Assembly (NCBI GenBank): GCA_900552895.1
Contig: USBK01000003.1
Coordinates: 3,867-67,866 of the forward strand
Source: an uncultured Collinsella sp.
GTDB lineage: Bacteria; Actinomycetota; Coriobacteriia; Coriobacteriales; Coriobacteriaceae
Direction of reading: 5' to 3'
DNA: 64,000 nt
Position 1 is the stretch's first letter, and each line of letters opens with the position of its first letter. The notes beneath the pieces are model-generated. The model worked only from the letters and a program-made list of their open reading frames with translations, had not been told where the DNA came from and made no database searches. The position numbers and the translations under genes are program-made. Positions 53,985 to 63,872 of the stretch are shown piece by piece.

Positions 53985-55721
53985 ATGAGCATGAGCAAGA
54001 ACATCGCACGCCTGGCAGTAACCGCCGGCCTCACAGCAGCCCTGAGCTTCGGCGGCGTGATGGCCCCGGTTACGATGGCGTTTGCTGATGATGTGGCGGC
54101 TCCGGACAACAGCATCACGATCAAAAAGGTCGACGACGCCAACAAGGACAATACGTTCAAGGCTTATCAGATCTTCAGTGCCAAGGTTATTGACGCCCAG
54201 GACGGCAGCGGCAAGATTGCTTCTGACGTTAAGTGGGCAGTGGGCGGACAAGCTCAAAAGGACATTATTAAGGCTATTAGGGATAGCAAGGGCTATTCGG
54301 ATTCTAAAAGCCAGTTGCCAACAGAGGATCCCATAACTGCCCAAGATGTGGCAGATTGGCTTTCCGCAAATGTTACGACTACTACTGCCAGCGCGAATGG
54401 TGCCAAGGGGACGCGAGTCGCTCCTGACGACGTACTGTACTCGATTGCTAAAGCTGTGATTAATAACGAGACCGCTGTCGGCAATTCTTTCAAGGCAGGC
54501 GATTCGTGGACGTGTTCGAACGATGGCTACTACCTTTTCGTATCTGACGGTCTTACGGATACGACCAAGCCGAACACTGGCACCTCCCCGATCTTTGCCA
54601 TCGTTGGCGGTAATCCCGTGGTCGTTACCGAGAAGACCAGCATTCCTACCGTCAACAAGGAAGTTCGTGAGGGCACGAAATGGGGAAACGTGAGTGATTC
54701 GTATATTGGCGAGGAGGTTGAATATAAACTGACTGGCTCCGTTGCTGATAATATCGCCACGTTCAACAAGTATCAGTATGAATTTCATGACACATTGAGC
54801 AAGGGACTGGAGGCTGCGGAGGGATCTGGAAACACGCCGAAGGATCTTCACGTTTATATTGACAACAAAGGCAACCAGACCGAGATCGTGCAAGATGACA
54901 ATGATGGATATAAGGTAGTTTTAGAGCGAGACAGCGCTACTAAGAAGGAAAATCTCACCATTGCCTTTACCGACCTTAAGACCGTGAAGGATAAAACCGG
55001 CAAGACGATTAAAGTTGATGCTGATTCCAAGGTGGTTGTGACCTATAAGGCAACGCTTACCAGCGATGCCGAATACACGGCCGCCGGTAACACCAACGAG
55101 GTCAAGCTTGTCTACTCCAACGATCCCATGTCTAACGGCACCGGCACTTCCGAATCGAAGAAGGTCGCTGATTACGTCTTCGGCTTCGATGTCACTAAGA
55201 TCGACCCGGATAACTCGTCTGCGAAACTCGATGCTGGCTTTACGGTCAAAATGATTAAGGAAGGGTCCGATAAAAGCGTTGAAAAATGGTTGAAGCAAGA
55301 CGGCAGCTTCAGTAATGAAGTAAATGACGCTTACACGTTTGAAACTACGGAGGCTGGCAACAAGGTCTCTATTCCCGGACTTGTTGCAGGCACATATCTG
55401 ATTTCTGAGAGCAAGACACCTGCGGGCTACAACACCATTGCCGACTTCGAAATCACGGTGGCGCCTGAATACAATACAGACGGCACGCTTAAAGAGCTCA
55501 AAGTGACGTCCAATTCCAGCATGGCCACTCCTACGACTGGTGGAAATGTGACCACGACCAAAATCCCCGTCACCATCCAGAACAAGAAGGGCTCCGGCCT
55601 CCCGCTGACCGGCCTTAACGGTGTGACCTTCACTTGGATTGCTGGTGGCGCGGTGCTGTGCATCGGCGTGGCGCACCTCATCCGCAGCCGTAAGCAGGCT
55701 GAGGAGTCCGAGCAGGAGTAG
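53985..55721 (+). CDS. Major (backbone) pilin, SpaH/EbpC-like
   Basis: AYQIF, EKTSIPTVNK pilin motif, FHDTLSKGL, E-box YLISESKTPAGY, NKKGSGLPLTG. Confidence 0.88.
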   Translation: MSMSKNIARLAVTAGLTAALSFGGVMAPVTMAFADDVAAPDNSITIKKVDDANKDNTFKAYQIFSAKVIDAQDGSGKIASDVKWAVGGQAQKDIIKAIRDSKGYSDSKSQLPTEDPITAQDVADWLSANVTTTTASANGAKGTRVAPDDVLYSIAKAVINNETAVGNSFKAGDSWTCSNDGYYLFVSDGLTDTTKPNTGTSPIFAIVGGNPVVVTEKTSIPTVNKEVREGTKWGNVSDSYIGEEVEYKLTGSVADNIATFNKYQYEFHDTLSKGLEAAEGSGNTPKDLHVYIDNKGNQTEIVQDDNDGYKVVLERDSATKKENLTIAFTDLKTVKDKTGKTIKVDADSKVVVTYKATLTSDAEYTAAGNTNEVKLVYSNDPMSNGTGTSESKKVADYVFGFDVTKIDPDNSSAKLDAGFTVKMIKEGSDKSVEKWLKQDGSFSNEVNDAYTFETTEAGNKVSIPGLVAGTYLISESKTPAGYNTIADFEITVAPEYNTDGTLKELKVTSNSSMATPTTGGNVTTTKIPVTIQNKKGSGLPLTGLNGVTFTWIAGGAVLCIGVAHLIRSRKQAEESEQE

Positions 55722-55821
55722 CGCTCACTCACCCATCCCTTTGGCAGGTGGGATGTGATGGCCATGAGACTTGCGGACACTTTTCTCGTTCATCCACGTT
55801 CTTGCTTTGCCATTCTCTTTT

Positions 55822-55859
55822 CGGGGCAGACTCCGCACTGGAGTCTGCCCCGTTTTTTT
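55822..55859 (+). terminator. Terminator after the major pilin
   Basis: CGGGGCAGACTCC / GGAGTCTGCCCCG plus T7. Confidence 0.85.
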
Positions 55860-56234
55860 GGGATAACGCAGCCAGCCTCCACCGTCCGATGCGGGTACGT
55901 TCGTCATCGCGTTTCTTGACTCGTATGAGGTTCGGATTAAGGTCCGTAGGCGCACGCGCGGTGCGGACGGTAGAAGGCATTTGCGCCGCAACAAGCGCAA
56001 ATAAGAATGCCCGGGGGTAGGATCCCGGGCATTTAACAAAACCAGAAAACTAGGCCGCCCGCGCTTTCGATCACTTACGCGGGGTGCGTCGTTTCCTGTA
56101 GCTATTGTATCCCGAATCGCCCAGCCGATTCGGGACATTTTGAAAACGCAAATATGGGCTTAGGCACGAACGGTATCTCTTTAATTCCGAAAATTATGTA
56201 TAATTCCAATACAAACTGGAACCGAACGAAAACA

Positions 56235-57203
56235 ATGGAAATGAACGAAGCACTAATCTACTTACAAGAAGCACTAGGCCTTTCCGCCAAGACCAAAACT
56301 TGGCCTGGATCCGCATGCTTGCCGCTGCATCTGCGGGCGATTGAGGTCAGCGCTGTTGACGCAAACGGTTTTTTGTTTTTGCTTGCAAGCTTGCCTACTG
56401 GCGTCGGGCTTCCCGAGGCTAAGAGAGTCTATAGCCAGCTAGCCTTGCGCGCGGAGACTCCTGTTGTCGTTTCGCTTCCTGATGCCGATGCACGTCAGCG
56501 CAAAGCATTGGTCGCGCAAGGGATTCCGTTTGTTTGCCCCGGTAGACAGGCTTTTCTTCCATTTATGGGCACAGCTTGCACGGAGAGGGGCGGTGCCCGG
56601 TTTCGCAATCACGCGACCAAGATGTCACCCAACGCACAGGCTGCCGCAATCTGGGGTGCAGCCCAGGAGCCATATCGTCCCTATGACCTTTGTCGTGCGC
56701 TTGGGATCTCGGCAAGCCGCGCGAGTGAGGCCATAACCGAGCTTGTTGACAGGGGGCTCGCGAGGCGCGAGCGTCGCGAGCGACGTGTCGTCGTGTTCCC
56801 TGTTGCCGTTGATCTTCTGCTCAGCGAGCACATGGCAGAGCTCTCCTCGCCTGTCTCGAAGGTCTTTTTTGCAAGGAAGACGCAGCAGATCGACTATCTT
56901 GTTGACGCCGGGGAGACGGCGCTCGCTGCGCGTTCGATGCTCGCTGCGCCGGGCATGGAACAAAAGGCCGTCTTAAGAAGTGCATGGCGTCAACTGAGCG
57001 ACCTCGAAGTCGCAGATGGGGAGTTGCCGGATAACGAAACGGCGATGATCCAAGTGTGGCGCTATGCGCCCGTGTTTGCCGGCTCCTCCCGTGTCGACGA
57101 CATTTCGCTTGCGCTATCTTTGGCGGCAATCGACGATGAGCGAATTCAGCTCGAAGTCGATCGCATGTTTGGAAAGGAATATCCATGGCAAGAAGCGCTG
57201 TAG
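56235..57203 (+). CDS. wHTH-containing protein, putative type IV TA antitoxin (AbiEi-like role)
   Basis: Central HTH (DLCRALGISASRASEAITELVDRGL), AGETALA...ML, VDDISLALSL...DERI; overlaps the nucleotidyltransferase gene. Confidence 0.65.
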   Translation: MEMNEALIYLQEALGLSAKTKTWPGSACLPLHLRAIEVSAVDANGFLFLLASLPTGVGLPEAKRVYSQLALRAETPVVVSLPDADARQRKALVAQGIPFVCPGRQAFLPFMGTACTERGGARFRNHATKMSPNAQAAAIWGAAQEPYRPYDLCRALGISASRASEAITELVDRGLARRERRERRVVVFPVAVDLLLSEHMAELSSPVSKVFFARKTQQIDYLVDAGETALAARSMLAAPGMEQKAVLRSAWRQLSDLEVADGELPDNETAMIQVWRYAPVFAGSSRVDDISLALSLAAIDDERIQLEVDRMFGKEYPWQEAL

Positions 57204-57958
57204 AAGGTCTCCAAGAATTTCAGCAGCATATGCAAGAAGCTGCAGGATCGTATGCTCTTATCGGCGGCACGGCATGCGACATTTTGCTCGCGGAGGCGGG
57301 ACTTCCGTTTAGGATGACTCACGATTTTGATGTGGTAATTGTCGCCGATGACCGGTTGCCTCAGACGGCAGAAGCTATATGGACTTTGGTGCGTGATGGC
57401 GGCTACCGCTGCGGCTGGGGCGAAGGCAAAGGCTCATGTTTTTATCGGTTTACAGAGCCTAAGAGGCCGGGTTACCCCCATATGATCGAACTCTTCGCGA
57501 AGTGCCCCGACTTTCTAAAGGGTCGTGAGGGGATTGATGTGGCGCCAATTCACGTTGATGAAAACATAAGCAGTCTTTCGGCAATTTTGTTGGACGATGC
57601 TTACTACAGCTTGTTCCTTCAGGGAATTCGGACCGTAGACGGCGTTTCGGTCCTGGGTACGGAATACATTGTCCCGTTCAAAGCGAAGGCGTATCTCGAC
57701 CTAAAAGCTAGAAGGGAGGCGGGGGAGAACGTTGATTCGAAGAAGGTAAAAAAGCATAAACGCGATGCGCTGAGGCTTGCTCAGCTGCTTGGCGAGTCGG
57801 AAGGTGTCGACCTGGGCGAAGAACTGAAGGACGATATGCTTGCGTTTGTTAAAGATTGCGAGGTGGGCGACGTCAATCTGAAACAGATCGGGGTTGCGGG
57901 CGTAACGATGGCGCAGTTGCTCGAGACGATGAAAGCAACATATGGCTTGATTGGTTGA
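57185..57958 (+). CDS. Pol-beta-like nucleotidyltransferase, putative AbiEii/DUF1814-type toxin
   Basis: YALIGGTAC...RMTHDFDV (GG..A / R.T.D.D), FKAKAY, KHKRD. Confidence 0.75.
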   Translation: MARSAVEGLQEFQQHMQEAAGSYALIGGTACDILLAEAGLPFRMTHDFDVVIVADDRLPQTAEAIWTLVRDGGYRCGWGEGKGSCFYRFTEPKRPGYPHMIELFAKCPDFLKGREGIDVAPIHVDENISSLSAILLDDAYYSLFLQGIRTVDGVSVLGTEYIVPFKAKAYLDLKARREAGENVDSKKVKKHKRDALRLAQLLGESEGVDLGEELKDDMLAFVKDCEVGDVNLKQIGVAGVTMAQLLETMKATYGLIG

Positions 57959-58090
57959 GTGGGGTTACGTGGCCCGAACGGTGCAGCCTAGCTGCGTTGT
58001 CCGGGGCATGAGCTCGCGAATCGGCTATTATTTGTTTAGACAACCTGAGCTGTAGAGGAGTGACCGGCGATGGTGCAGGGCGCCAAACAT

Positions 58091-59008
58091 ATGAAGAGCA
58101 ATAACGCCGCGGCCAACGGTGGCTCAAGCCCTCAGCCCAAACCTCAACAAAAGCCCAAGCGCCGCCGCAAGCGACTGCCGCGTTGGGCCGATCGACTCAT
58201 CACCATCGTCATCATCCTTATTGGCGTGGGCCTTATGACCTGGCCGTGGATCTTGGACCGGCTCGAGGCCTCGGGCGTGTTCAACCAGATCAGCACCGTG
58301 TCCAGCACCGTGGACGCGCTGTCTGCCGAGGAGCGCGAGCGCATCCTGCTCCAGGCGCGCTCCTTTAACGAGCAGCTGGCGGGCGAGGCCACCGAGCTCC
58401 CCGCCGACCAGATCGAGCCCTACGCTCAGCAGCTCATCTTTGACCGCGACCCCATGATGAGCTGGGTCGAGATCCCCTCCATCGACGTGAGCATGCCCAT
58501 CTACCACGGCACGAGCGAAGAAGTCCTTATGGCGGGCGTCGGCCACCTGGAGGGCACGAGCCTGCCGGTGGGCGGCACCTCGACGCATTGCGTGCTCACC
58601 GCGCACTCGGGCATGCGCAACCTGAGCATGTTCGACGACATCCATTCGTTGGAGCCCGGCGACCTGGTGCTGCTGCACACCATGAACAAGACGCTCGCCT
58701 ACAAGATGGTGGATTCCGAGGTGGTGCTGCCCGAGGAGATGGAGTCGCTAACCATCGAGCCCGGCGCCGACAAGGTGACGCTCGTCACCTGCACGCCCTA
58801 CGGCGTGAACGACCATCGCCTGCTGGTGCATTGCGTGCGCACCAAGTACAACAAGAAGGACGTCGACAAGCAAAAGTCGCTGGCCGGCCGCCACTGGGGA
58901 AAACGCGAGTTTGCCGTGCTCATCGTGGTCGTAGCCATTGTGCTGTTGCTGCTGGACGTCGTGATCCACGCGGTCCGCAAGCGCCGCAAGGCCAAGGCCT
59001 CGGCATAG
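58091..59008 (+). CDS. srtC: Class C (pilus) sortase
   Basis: GHLEGTSLPVGG, HCVLTAHSG, TLVTCTPYGVNDHRLLV; N- and C-terminal TM helices. Confidence 0.95.
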   Translation: MKSNNAAANGGSSPQPKPQQKPKRRRKRLPRWADRLITIVIILIGVGLMTWPWILDRLEASGVFNQISTVSSTVDALSAEERERILLQARSFNEQLAGEATELPADQIEPYAQQLIFDRDPMMSWVEIPSIDVSMPIYHGTSEEVLMAGVGHLEGTSLPVGGTSTHCVLTAHSGMRNLSMFDDIHSLEPGDLVLLHTMNKTLAYKMVDSEVVLPEEMESLTIEPGADKVTLVTCTPYGVNDHRLLVHCVRTKYNKKDVDKQKSLAGRHWGKREFAVLIVVVAIVLLLLDVVIHAVRKRRKAKASA

Positions 59009-59021
59009 GACATCGTTCAGA

Positions 59022-59132
59022 ACCACCACGATGGGGACAGGTACCTTTGTGGTGGTCGGGGGCTTCCAAACCATCACAACATTCGATGAAAATCGCGATT
59101 TTGGCGAAAAGCGTCGAATGTTGTGATGGTTT
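59022..59132. repeat. Family B copy (59022-59056) plus family A copy 4 (59068-59132)
   Basis: ACCACCACGATGGGGACAGGTACCTTTGTGGTGGT; AAACCATCACAACATTCGA...TCGAATGTTGTGATGGTTT. Confidence 0.88.
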
Positions 59133-59305
59133 TCGTTGTAGGCGGGACGGTTTTGCATTGTGGCGATGCGGTTTTTGCTGCAGGGCCGCCACACCGTGCT
59201 TGCCCCTCTCGTTACGTTTTCGCTGCATTTGGGTAAAGCACCTGCTCCAAGTGGCGTTGCCTTGTATACTAGAGCGGTTTATCTGTTATGCGGAAGGGAG
59301 CGCCT

Positions 59306-59617
59306 ATGGCACTCAGCGAGAAAGACGTGCGCGGCATCGCCGAGTACGCAAAGATCGCACTGACCGATGACGAGCTCGCCCAGATGACGTCCTACATGAA
59401 CGACGCCGTCCAGATGCTCGAGCCCGTCTTGCAATATGACTTGCCCGACGTGGAGCCCACGTTCCATCCCATCGGAAGCCTGTCCAACGTGATGGGCGAC
59501 GACCTGCGCGAGCCCGAGCGCGATCTGCCGCTCGACGTCGCGCTCGAAAACGCCGGCAGCGCGCGCGACCGCTACTTCCGCGTGCCGTCCATTTTGGGAG
59601 AGGGGGAGAGCGAGTAA
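59306..59617 (+). CDS. gatC: Asp/Glu-tRNA amidotransferase subunit C
   Basis: IAEYAKIAL, DVEPTFH, ALENA...YFRVPSIL; first gene of the gatCAB cluster. Confidence 0.93.
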   Translation: MALSEKDVRGIAEYAKIALTDDELAQMTSYMNDAVQMLEPVLQYDLPDVEPTFHPIGSLSNVMGDDLREPERDLPLDVALENAGSARDRYFRVPSILGEGESE

Positions 59618-61131
59618 TGGCGCAGAGCTTCGATTCCCTTACCGCTGCCCAGATCGCCGCGGGCGTTGCCGCTGGCGACTTTACCGCTACCGAGGTGGCT
59701 CAGGCCTCCCTTGCCGCCATCGAGGCGCGCGAGGGCGGGGTCCAGGCATTCCTGCAGGTGGCGCCCGAGCTTGCCCTTGAGGCCGCTGCCAAAATCGATG
59801 CCCGCCGTGCCGCAGGCAAGCCGCTGCCCCCGCTTGCGGGCGTGCCGCTGGCCATCAAGGACAACATGAACCTCGTGGGCACGCGTACCACCTGCGCTTC
59901 CCGCATGCTCGGGGACTACCAGAGCGTCTACACCGCCACCTGCGTCCAGCGCATGCTCGATGCCGGCTGCCTGCCCATGGGCAAGGCCAACATGGACGAG
60001 TTTGCCTTTGGCAGCTCCACCGAGAGCTCGGCGTTCCACCGCACCAACAACCCTTGGGATACCGAGCGCGTGCCCGGCGGCTCCTCGGGCGGCTCCGCTG
60101 CCGCCGTTGCCGCGGGCGAGGTCGCGCTCTCGCTGGGTTCGGACACCGGCGGCTCCATTCGCCAGCCGGCGTCGCTGTGCGGCGTGGTGGGCTTTAAGCC
60201 CACATATGGCGCCGTGAGCCGTTACGGCGTGGTTGCCTTTGGCTCATCGCTCGACCAGGTGGGGCCCTTTGGCCGCACGGTCGAGGATGTCGCGCTGGCC
60301 ATGAACGCGCTTACCGGCGCGGGCCACGATCCGTACGACTGCACCAGCCAGGATTGCGCCGTCGACTTTACCGAGCATCTCAACGACAGCATCGAGGGCA
60401 AGCGCGTGGGCATCATCCCCGCGTTTATGGAGGCCGAGGGTCTGACGCCCGAGGTCAAGGCCGCTGTTCAGCGCGCCGCCCAGGAGCTGCAGAACCAAGG
60501 CGCCGAGCTGGTCGAGGTCGACCTGCCGCACCTGGACGCCGCTATCGCCGCCTACTACGTCATCGGCCCGGCCGAGGCGTTCTCCAACCTGGCCCGCTTC
60601 GATGGCATTCGCTACGGCTATCAGGAGGAGGGCTGCGCCAACCTGTCCGACCAGAGCTCGCTTTCGCGCGCCCATGGCTTTGGCGCCGAGGCAAAGCGCC
60701 GTCAGATGCTCGGCGCCTACCTGCTGAGCTCGGGCGTGTACGACAAGTACTACTACGCTGCGCAAAAGGCCCGCACGCTCATCACGCAGGACTACGACGC
60801 CGCGTATGCCAAGGTGGACACCATCCTCATGCCCGCCTCGCCGCGCACGGCCTTTAAGTTTGGCGAGATCAGCGACCCCACGCAGATGTACCTCTCCGAC
60901 CTGTACACCATCTCGCTCAACATTTGCGGCAACGGCGGTATCTCGGTGCCGCTGGGCCTGGGCGAGGATACTCAGCTGCCCGTTTCTGCCCAGCTGGTTG
61001 GTCCGGCCTTTAAGGACCGTCAACTGCTCACGTTTGCCCGCGCTCTGGAGCGCGGCTTTGCCGATGCCGCCACGGGTGCGCCCGCGCTTTCCGTTGCGCC
61101 CGATTTTGCCGGGAAGGGAGGCGAGCTGTAA
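59617..61131 (+). CDS. gatA: Asp/Glu-tRNA amidotransferase subunit A
   Basis: IKDN, NMDEFA, PGGSSGGSAA, GSDTGGSIRQPA, SNLARFDG. Confidence 0.97.
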   Translation: MAQSFDSLTAAQIAAGVAAGDFTATEVAQASLAAIEAREGGVQAFLQVAPELALEAAAKIDARRAAGKPLPPLAGVPLAIKDNMNLVGTRTTCASRMLGDYQSVYTATCVQRMLDAGCLPMGKANMDEFAFGSSTESSAFHRTNNPWDTERVPGGSSGGSAAAVAAGEVALSLGSDTGGSIRQPASLCGVVGFKPTYGAVSRYGVVAFGSSLDQVGPFGRTVEDVALAMNALTGAGHDPYDCTSQDCAVDFTEHLNDSIEGKRVGIIPAFMEAEGLTPEVKAAVQRAAQELQNQGAELVEVDLPHLDAAIAAYYVIGPAEAFSNLARFDGIRYGYQEEGCANLSDQSSLSRAHGFGAEAKRRQMLGAYLLSSGVYDKYYYAAQKARTLITQDYDAAYAKVDTILMPASPRTAFKFGEISDPTQMYLSDLYTISLNICGNGGISVPLGLGEDTQLPVSAQLVGPAFKDRQLLTFARALERGFADAATGAPALSVAPDFAGKGGEL

Positions 61132-62807
61132 TGAAGGAGCTTTCCGAGGTCCTGCAGGATTGGGAGGCCGTGATCGGCCTGGAGATCCATACCGAGCTCA
61201 CCGCACTCGATACCAAGATGTTCTGCAACTGCAAGCTCAGCCACGATGACGAGCCCAACGCCAACGTGTGCCCGGTGTGCCTGGGCCTGCCCGGCGCCCT
61301 GCCGGTGCCCAACAAGCGCGCCATCGAGAGCATCGTCAAGGCCGGTCTCGCCACCAACTGCGAGATCCAGCGCCACTCGATGTTCTACCGCAAACACTAC
61401 TTCTATCCCGATATGGCCAAGAACTTCCAGACCACGCAGGGTCCGGTCGCCTTTGCCATGTACGGTCACCTGGATCTGGACGTGACCGGTCGCGGTGCCG
61501 CCGAGCGCCCCGACTGCGCGTTTGGCGAGGCCGAGGCCCAGAGCCTGGCGAGCGCCTCGGCCAACGCCGAGGGCCTGTCCACGTCCATGACGTCGACCAT
61601 GCGCGAGGGCAACCAGCGTGCCGGCCACCTGGCCAGCTACGATGCGTCCAACCTGCAGATGCCCGAGCGCCGCGAGGACGGTTCCTACACGGTGCCCATC
61701 CGCATCCTGCGCATCCACATGGAGGAGGATGCCGCCAAGATGGTGCACGTGGGCGGTGCCGAGGGCCGCATTACCGCCGCGGCCGAGTCGCTCGTCGACT
61801 ACAACCGCTGCGGCACGCCTTTGATTGAGCTCGTGACTGAGCCCGATCTGCGCACGCCCGAGGAAGCGCGCCTGTTTATGGAGAAGCTCCGTCGCATCTT
61901 TGTGACGCTGGGCATCTCGGACTGCTCCATGGAGAAGGGCTCCATGCGCTGCGACGGCAACGTGTCGCTGCGCCGCCGCGGCGAGACCAAGCTGGGCACC
62001 AAGACCGAGCTCAAGAACCTCAACTCGTTTAAGAGCCTGCACGATGGCCTTGCCTACGAGATCTGCCGCCAGGCCGAGGTGCTCGAGGAGGGCGGCATCA
62101 TCTACCAGGAGACCCGCCACTGGGAGCCCAGCCGCAAGCGCACCGTGGTCATGCGTGTGAAGGAGACGGCCGACGACTATCGTCTGTTCCCCGATCCCGA
62201 TCTGGCACCGTTCGATCTGGATGACGAGTTCATCGACCGCTGCCGTGGCGAGATCCCCGAGCTGCCCGATGCCAAGCGCGCCCGCTTTGAGGCCGATTTT
62301 GGCATTAAGGCGGCCGACGCCGAGCAGATTGCCGGCGACCCGGAGTTTGCCGAGTTCTTTGAGGCCGCTGCTGCCGGCATGGCTGGCAAGGAGGCCCAGA
62401 CGGTCGCGAACCTTCTGGTCAACGAGACGATCGCCTACCTTAAGAGCGCGGGCGTCTCGCTGAGTGAGTCCGGCATTGTGCCGGCTCAGGTGGCAGCACT
62501 CGCCAAGCTGCTGGCGACCGATGCCATCAGCTCCAACCAGGCGCACGAGGTCTTTGAGGCCATGGCCCAGACCGGCGGCGACCCCAACAAGATCGTCGAC
62601 GAGCGCGGCATGCGTCAGGTGAGCGATGCCGGCGCGCTGCAGCCGATCGTGGACGAGGTGCTGGCAAACTGTGCCGAGCAGGCGCAGCAGTACCGTGACG
62701 GCAACCAGAAGGTCATCGGCTTTTTGGTGGGCCAGTGCATGAAGGCAAGCCGCGGCAAGGGCAACCCGAAGCTCTTCAACGAGTTGCTGAGAACGTCGCT
62801 CTCGTAA
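61131..62807 (+). CDS. gatB: Asp/Glu-tRNA amidotransferase subunit B (with internal insertion)
   Basis: IGLEIH, CPVCLGLPG, YFYPD, HMEEDA, MRCDGNVS, ELKNLNS. Confidence 0.97.
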   Translation: MKELSEVLQDWEAVIGLEIHTELTALDTKMFCNCKLSHDDEPNANVCPVCLGLPGALPVPNKRAIESIVKAGLATNCEIQRHSMFYRKHYFYPDMAKNFQTTQGPVAFAMYGHLDLDVTGRGAAERPDCAFGEAEAQSLASASANAEGLSTSMTSTMREGNQRAGHLASYDASNLQMPERREDGSYTVPIRILRIHMEEDAAKMVHVGGAEGRITAAAESLVDYNRCGTPLIELVTEPDLRTPEEARLFMEKLRRIFVTLGISDCSMEKGSMRCDGNVSLRRRGETKLGTKTELKNLNSFKSLHDGLAYEICRQAEVLEEGGIIYQETRHWEPSRKRTVVMRVKETADDYRLFPDPDLAPFDLDDEFIDRCRGEIPELPDAKRARFEADFGIKAADAEQIAGDPEFAEFFEAAAAGMAGKEAQTVANLLVNETIAYLKSAGVSLSESGIVPAQVAALAKLLATDAISSNQAHEVFEAMAQTGGDPNKIVDERGMRQVSDAGALQPIVDEVLANCAEQAQQYRDGNQKVIGFLVGQCMKASRGKGNPKLFNELLRTSLS

Positions 62808-62815
62808 ACGGGAAC

Positions 62816-62934
62816 CGAGGGGCCGGGCGCAGGGCCTTGCCTCTCAATTTCGGACAGTCCTGACTCACGACGGAGGCGCCACTGGCGCCTCCTGTTCGTG
62901 CGGAACTCATATCGAGCAAAGGTCCGGGGCCTCG
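62816..62934. repeat. Long imperfect hairpin with GGAGGCGCCACTGGCGCCTCC core
   Basis: Perfect 10-bp arms at 62872-62892, extended by CACGA/TCGTG and outer GC-rich pairing. Confidence 0.5.
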
Positions 62935-63224
62935 CTACGGGGCGGCCAAGTTGATGTAGCTGAGATGCAGCATGTGGTCTGCTCACTCCTCGAAGTTCTT
63001 AGCGGAAATGAGTCGACCTGCAACAACGGTTTGCTTGGAACGACGGTTGAGCTGCAACAGAGTTTTTATTGGACCTCGAACCCTATGCTCGATGTTCGCT
63101 TCGTTCATTGAGTGTCGCTCGCGAGGGGTCTGGAGTATATCGTCCCGCCCGCAGTTTCGCAGGCCGCAGGCCGAGAATGTTTGAGGACGGGATGATATGC
63201 TCCAGACCCCCAGGAAGGTTACTT

Positions 63225-63806
63225 ATGAACTACGCGAACATTAAGTATTTCGACATTGCCGATGGGGAAGGTGTTCGTACTTCTCTGTTTGTGAGCGGGT
63301 GCCGTCGTGGGTGCAAGAATTGCTTTAACTCTGTTGCGTGGGACTTTGCTGCGGGTGAGCCGTTCAATCGTGCCGTCGAGGACAAGATTATCAAGAGTCT
63401 CGATCATCCCTTTATCGATGGTCTGACGATTCTGGGTGGCGAGCCCATGGAGCCCGAGAATCAGGCGGGGCTCGTTGAGTTTGTCGAGCGTGTTCGCGCG
63501 GCCTATCCAGTGGGGTCGGGGAAGACCATTTGGTGCTTTACCGGTGACGTGCTCGAGGAGCTTATGCCGGGTGGTCGTCATCATACCGAGGTGACGGACC
63601 GCATCCTTGCCTGCCTTGACATGCTGGTGGACGGCCCGTTTGTTCAGGACCTGTACGATATCTCGCTGCGCTTTAGGGGTTCGAGCAACCAGCGCGTGAT
63701 CGATATGAACGCTACGCGCGCCCGTGCTGAGCGCGAGGGCGTTGCGCTTTGTGATGCGGTTGAACTTTGGCGTGATGATCCGGTCTATTCGACCCATACT
63801 ATGTAG
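63225..63806 (+). CDS. nrdG: Anaerobic ribonucleotide reductase activating protein
   Basis: DIADGEGVRTSLFVSGCRRGCKNCFN, LGGEP, VDGPF, FRGSSNQR. Confidence 0.96.
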   Translation: MNYANIKYFDIADGEGVRTSLFVSGCRRGCKNCFNSVAWDFAAGEPFNRAVEDKIIKSLDHPFIDGLTILGGEPMEPENQAGLVEFVERVRAAYPVGSGKTIWCFTGDVLEELMPGGRHHTEVTDRILACLDMLVDGPFVQDLYDISLRFRGSSNQRVIDMNATRARAEREGVALCDAVELWRDDPVYSTHTM

Positions 63807-63872
63807 CTTGTGGTCGATGCCGGAGGGCGTGGTACCATAGTGCGAACGTGAAATCGGAAAAGTGAGGCCCAG

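Noticed and set aside
61488..61676. Intein in GatB (and in the short LigA insertion near 30400-30470)
   Set aside because: Too short and lacking the terminal His-Asn plus Cys/Ser/Thr splice junction.
62816..62934. 6S RNA, SRP RNA or tRNA
   Set aside because: No diagnostic motifs were recognised, so it is kept only as an unassigned hairpin.
62945..62980. NrdR boxes upstream of nrdG
   Set aside because: Only weak partial matches with non-canonical spacing, far from the start codon.
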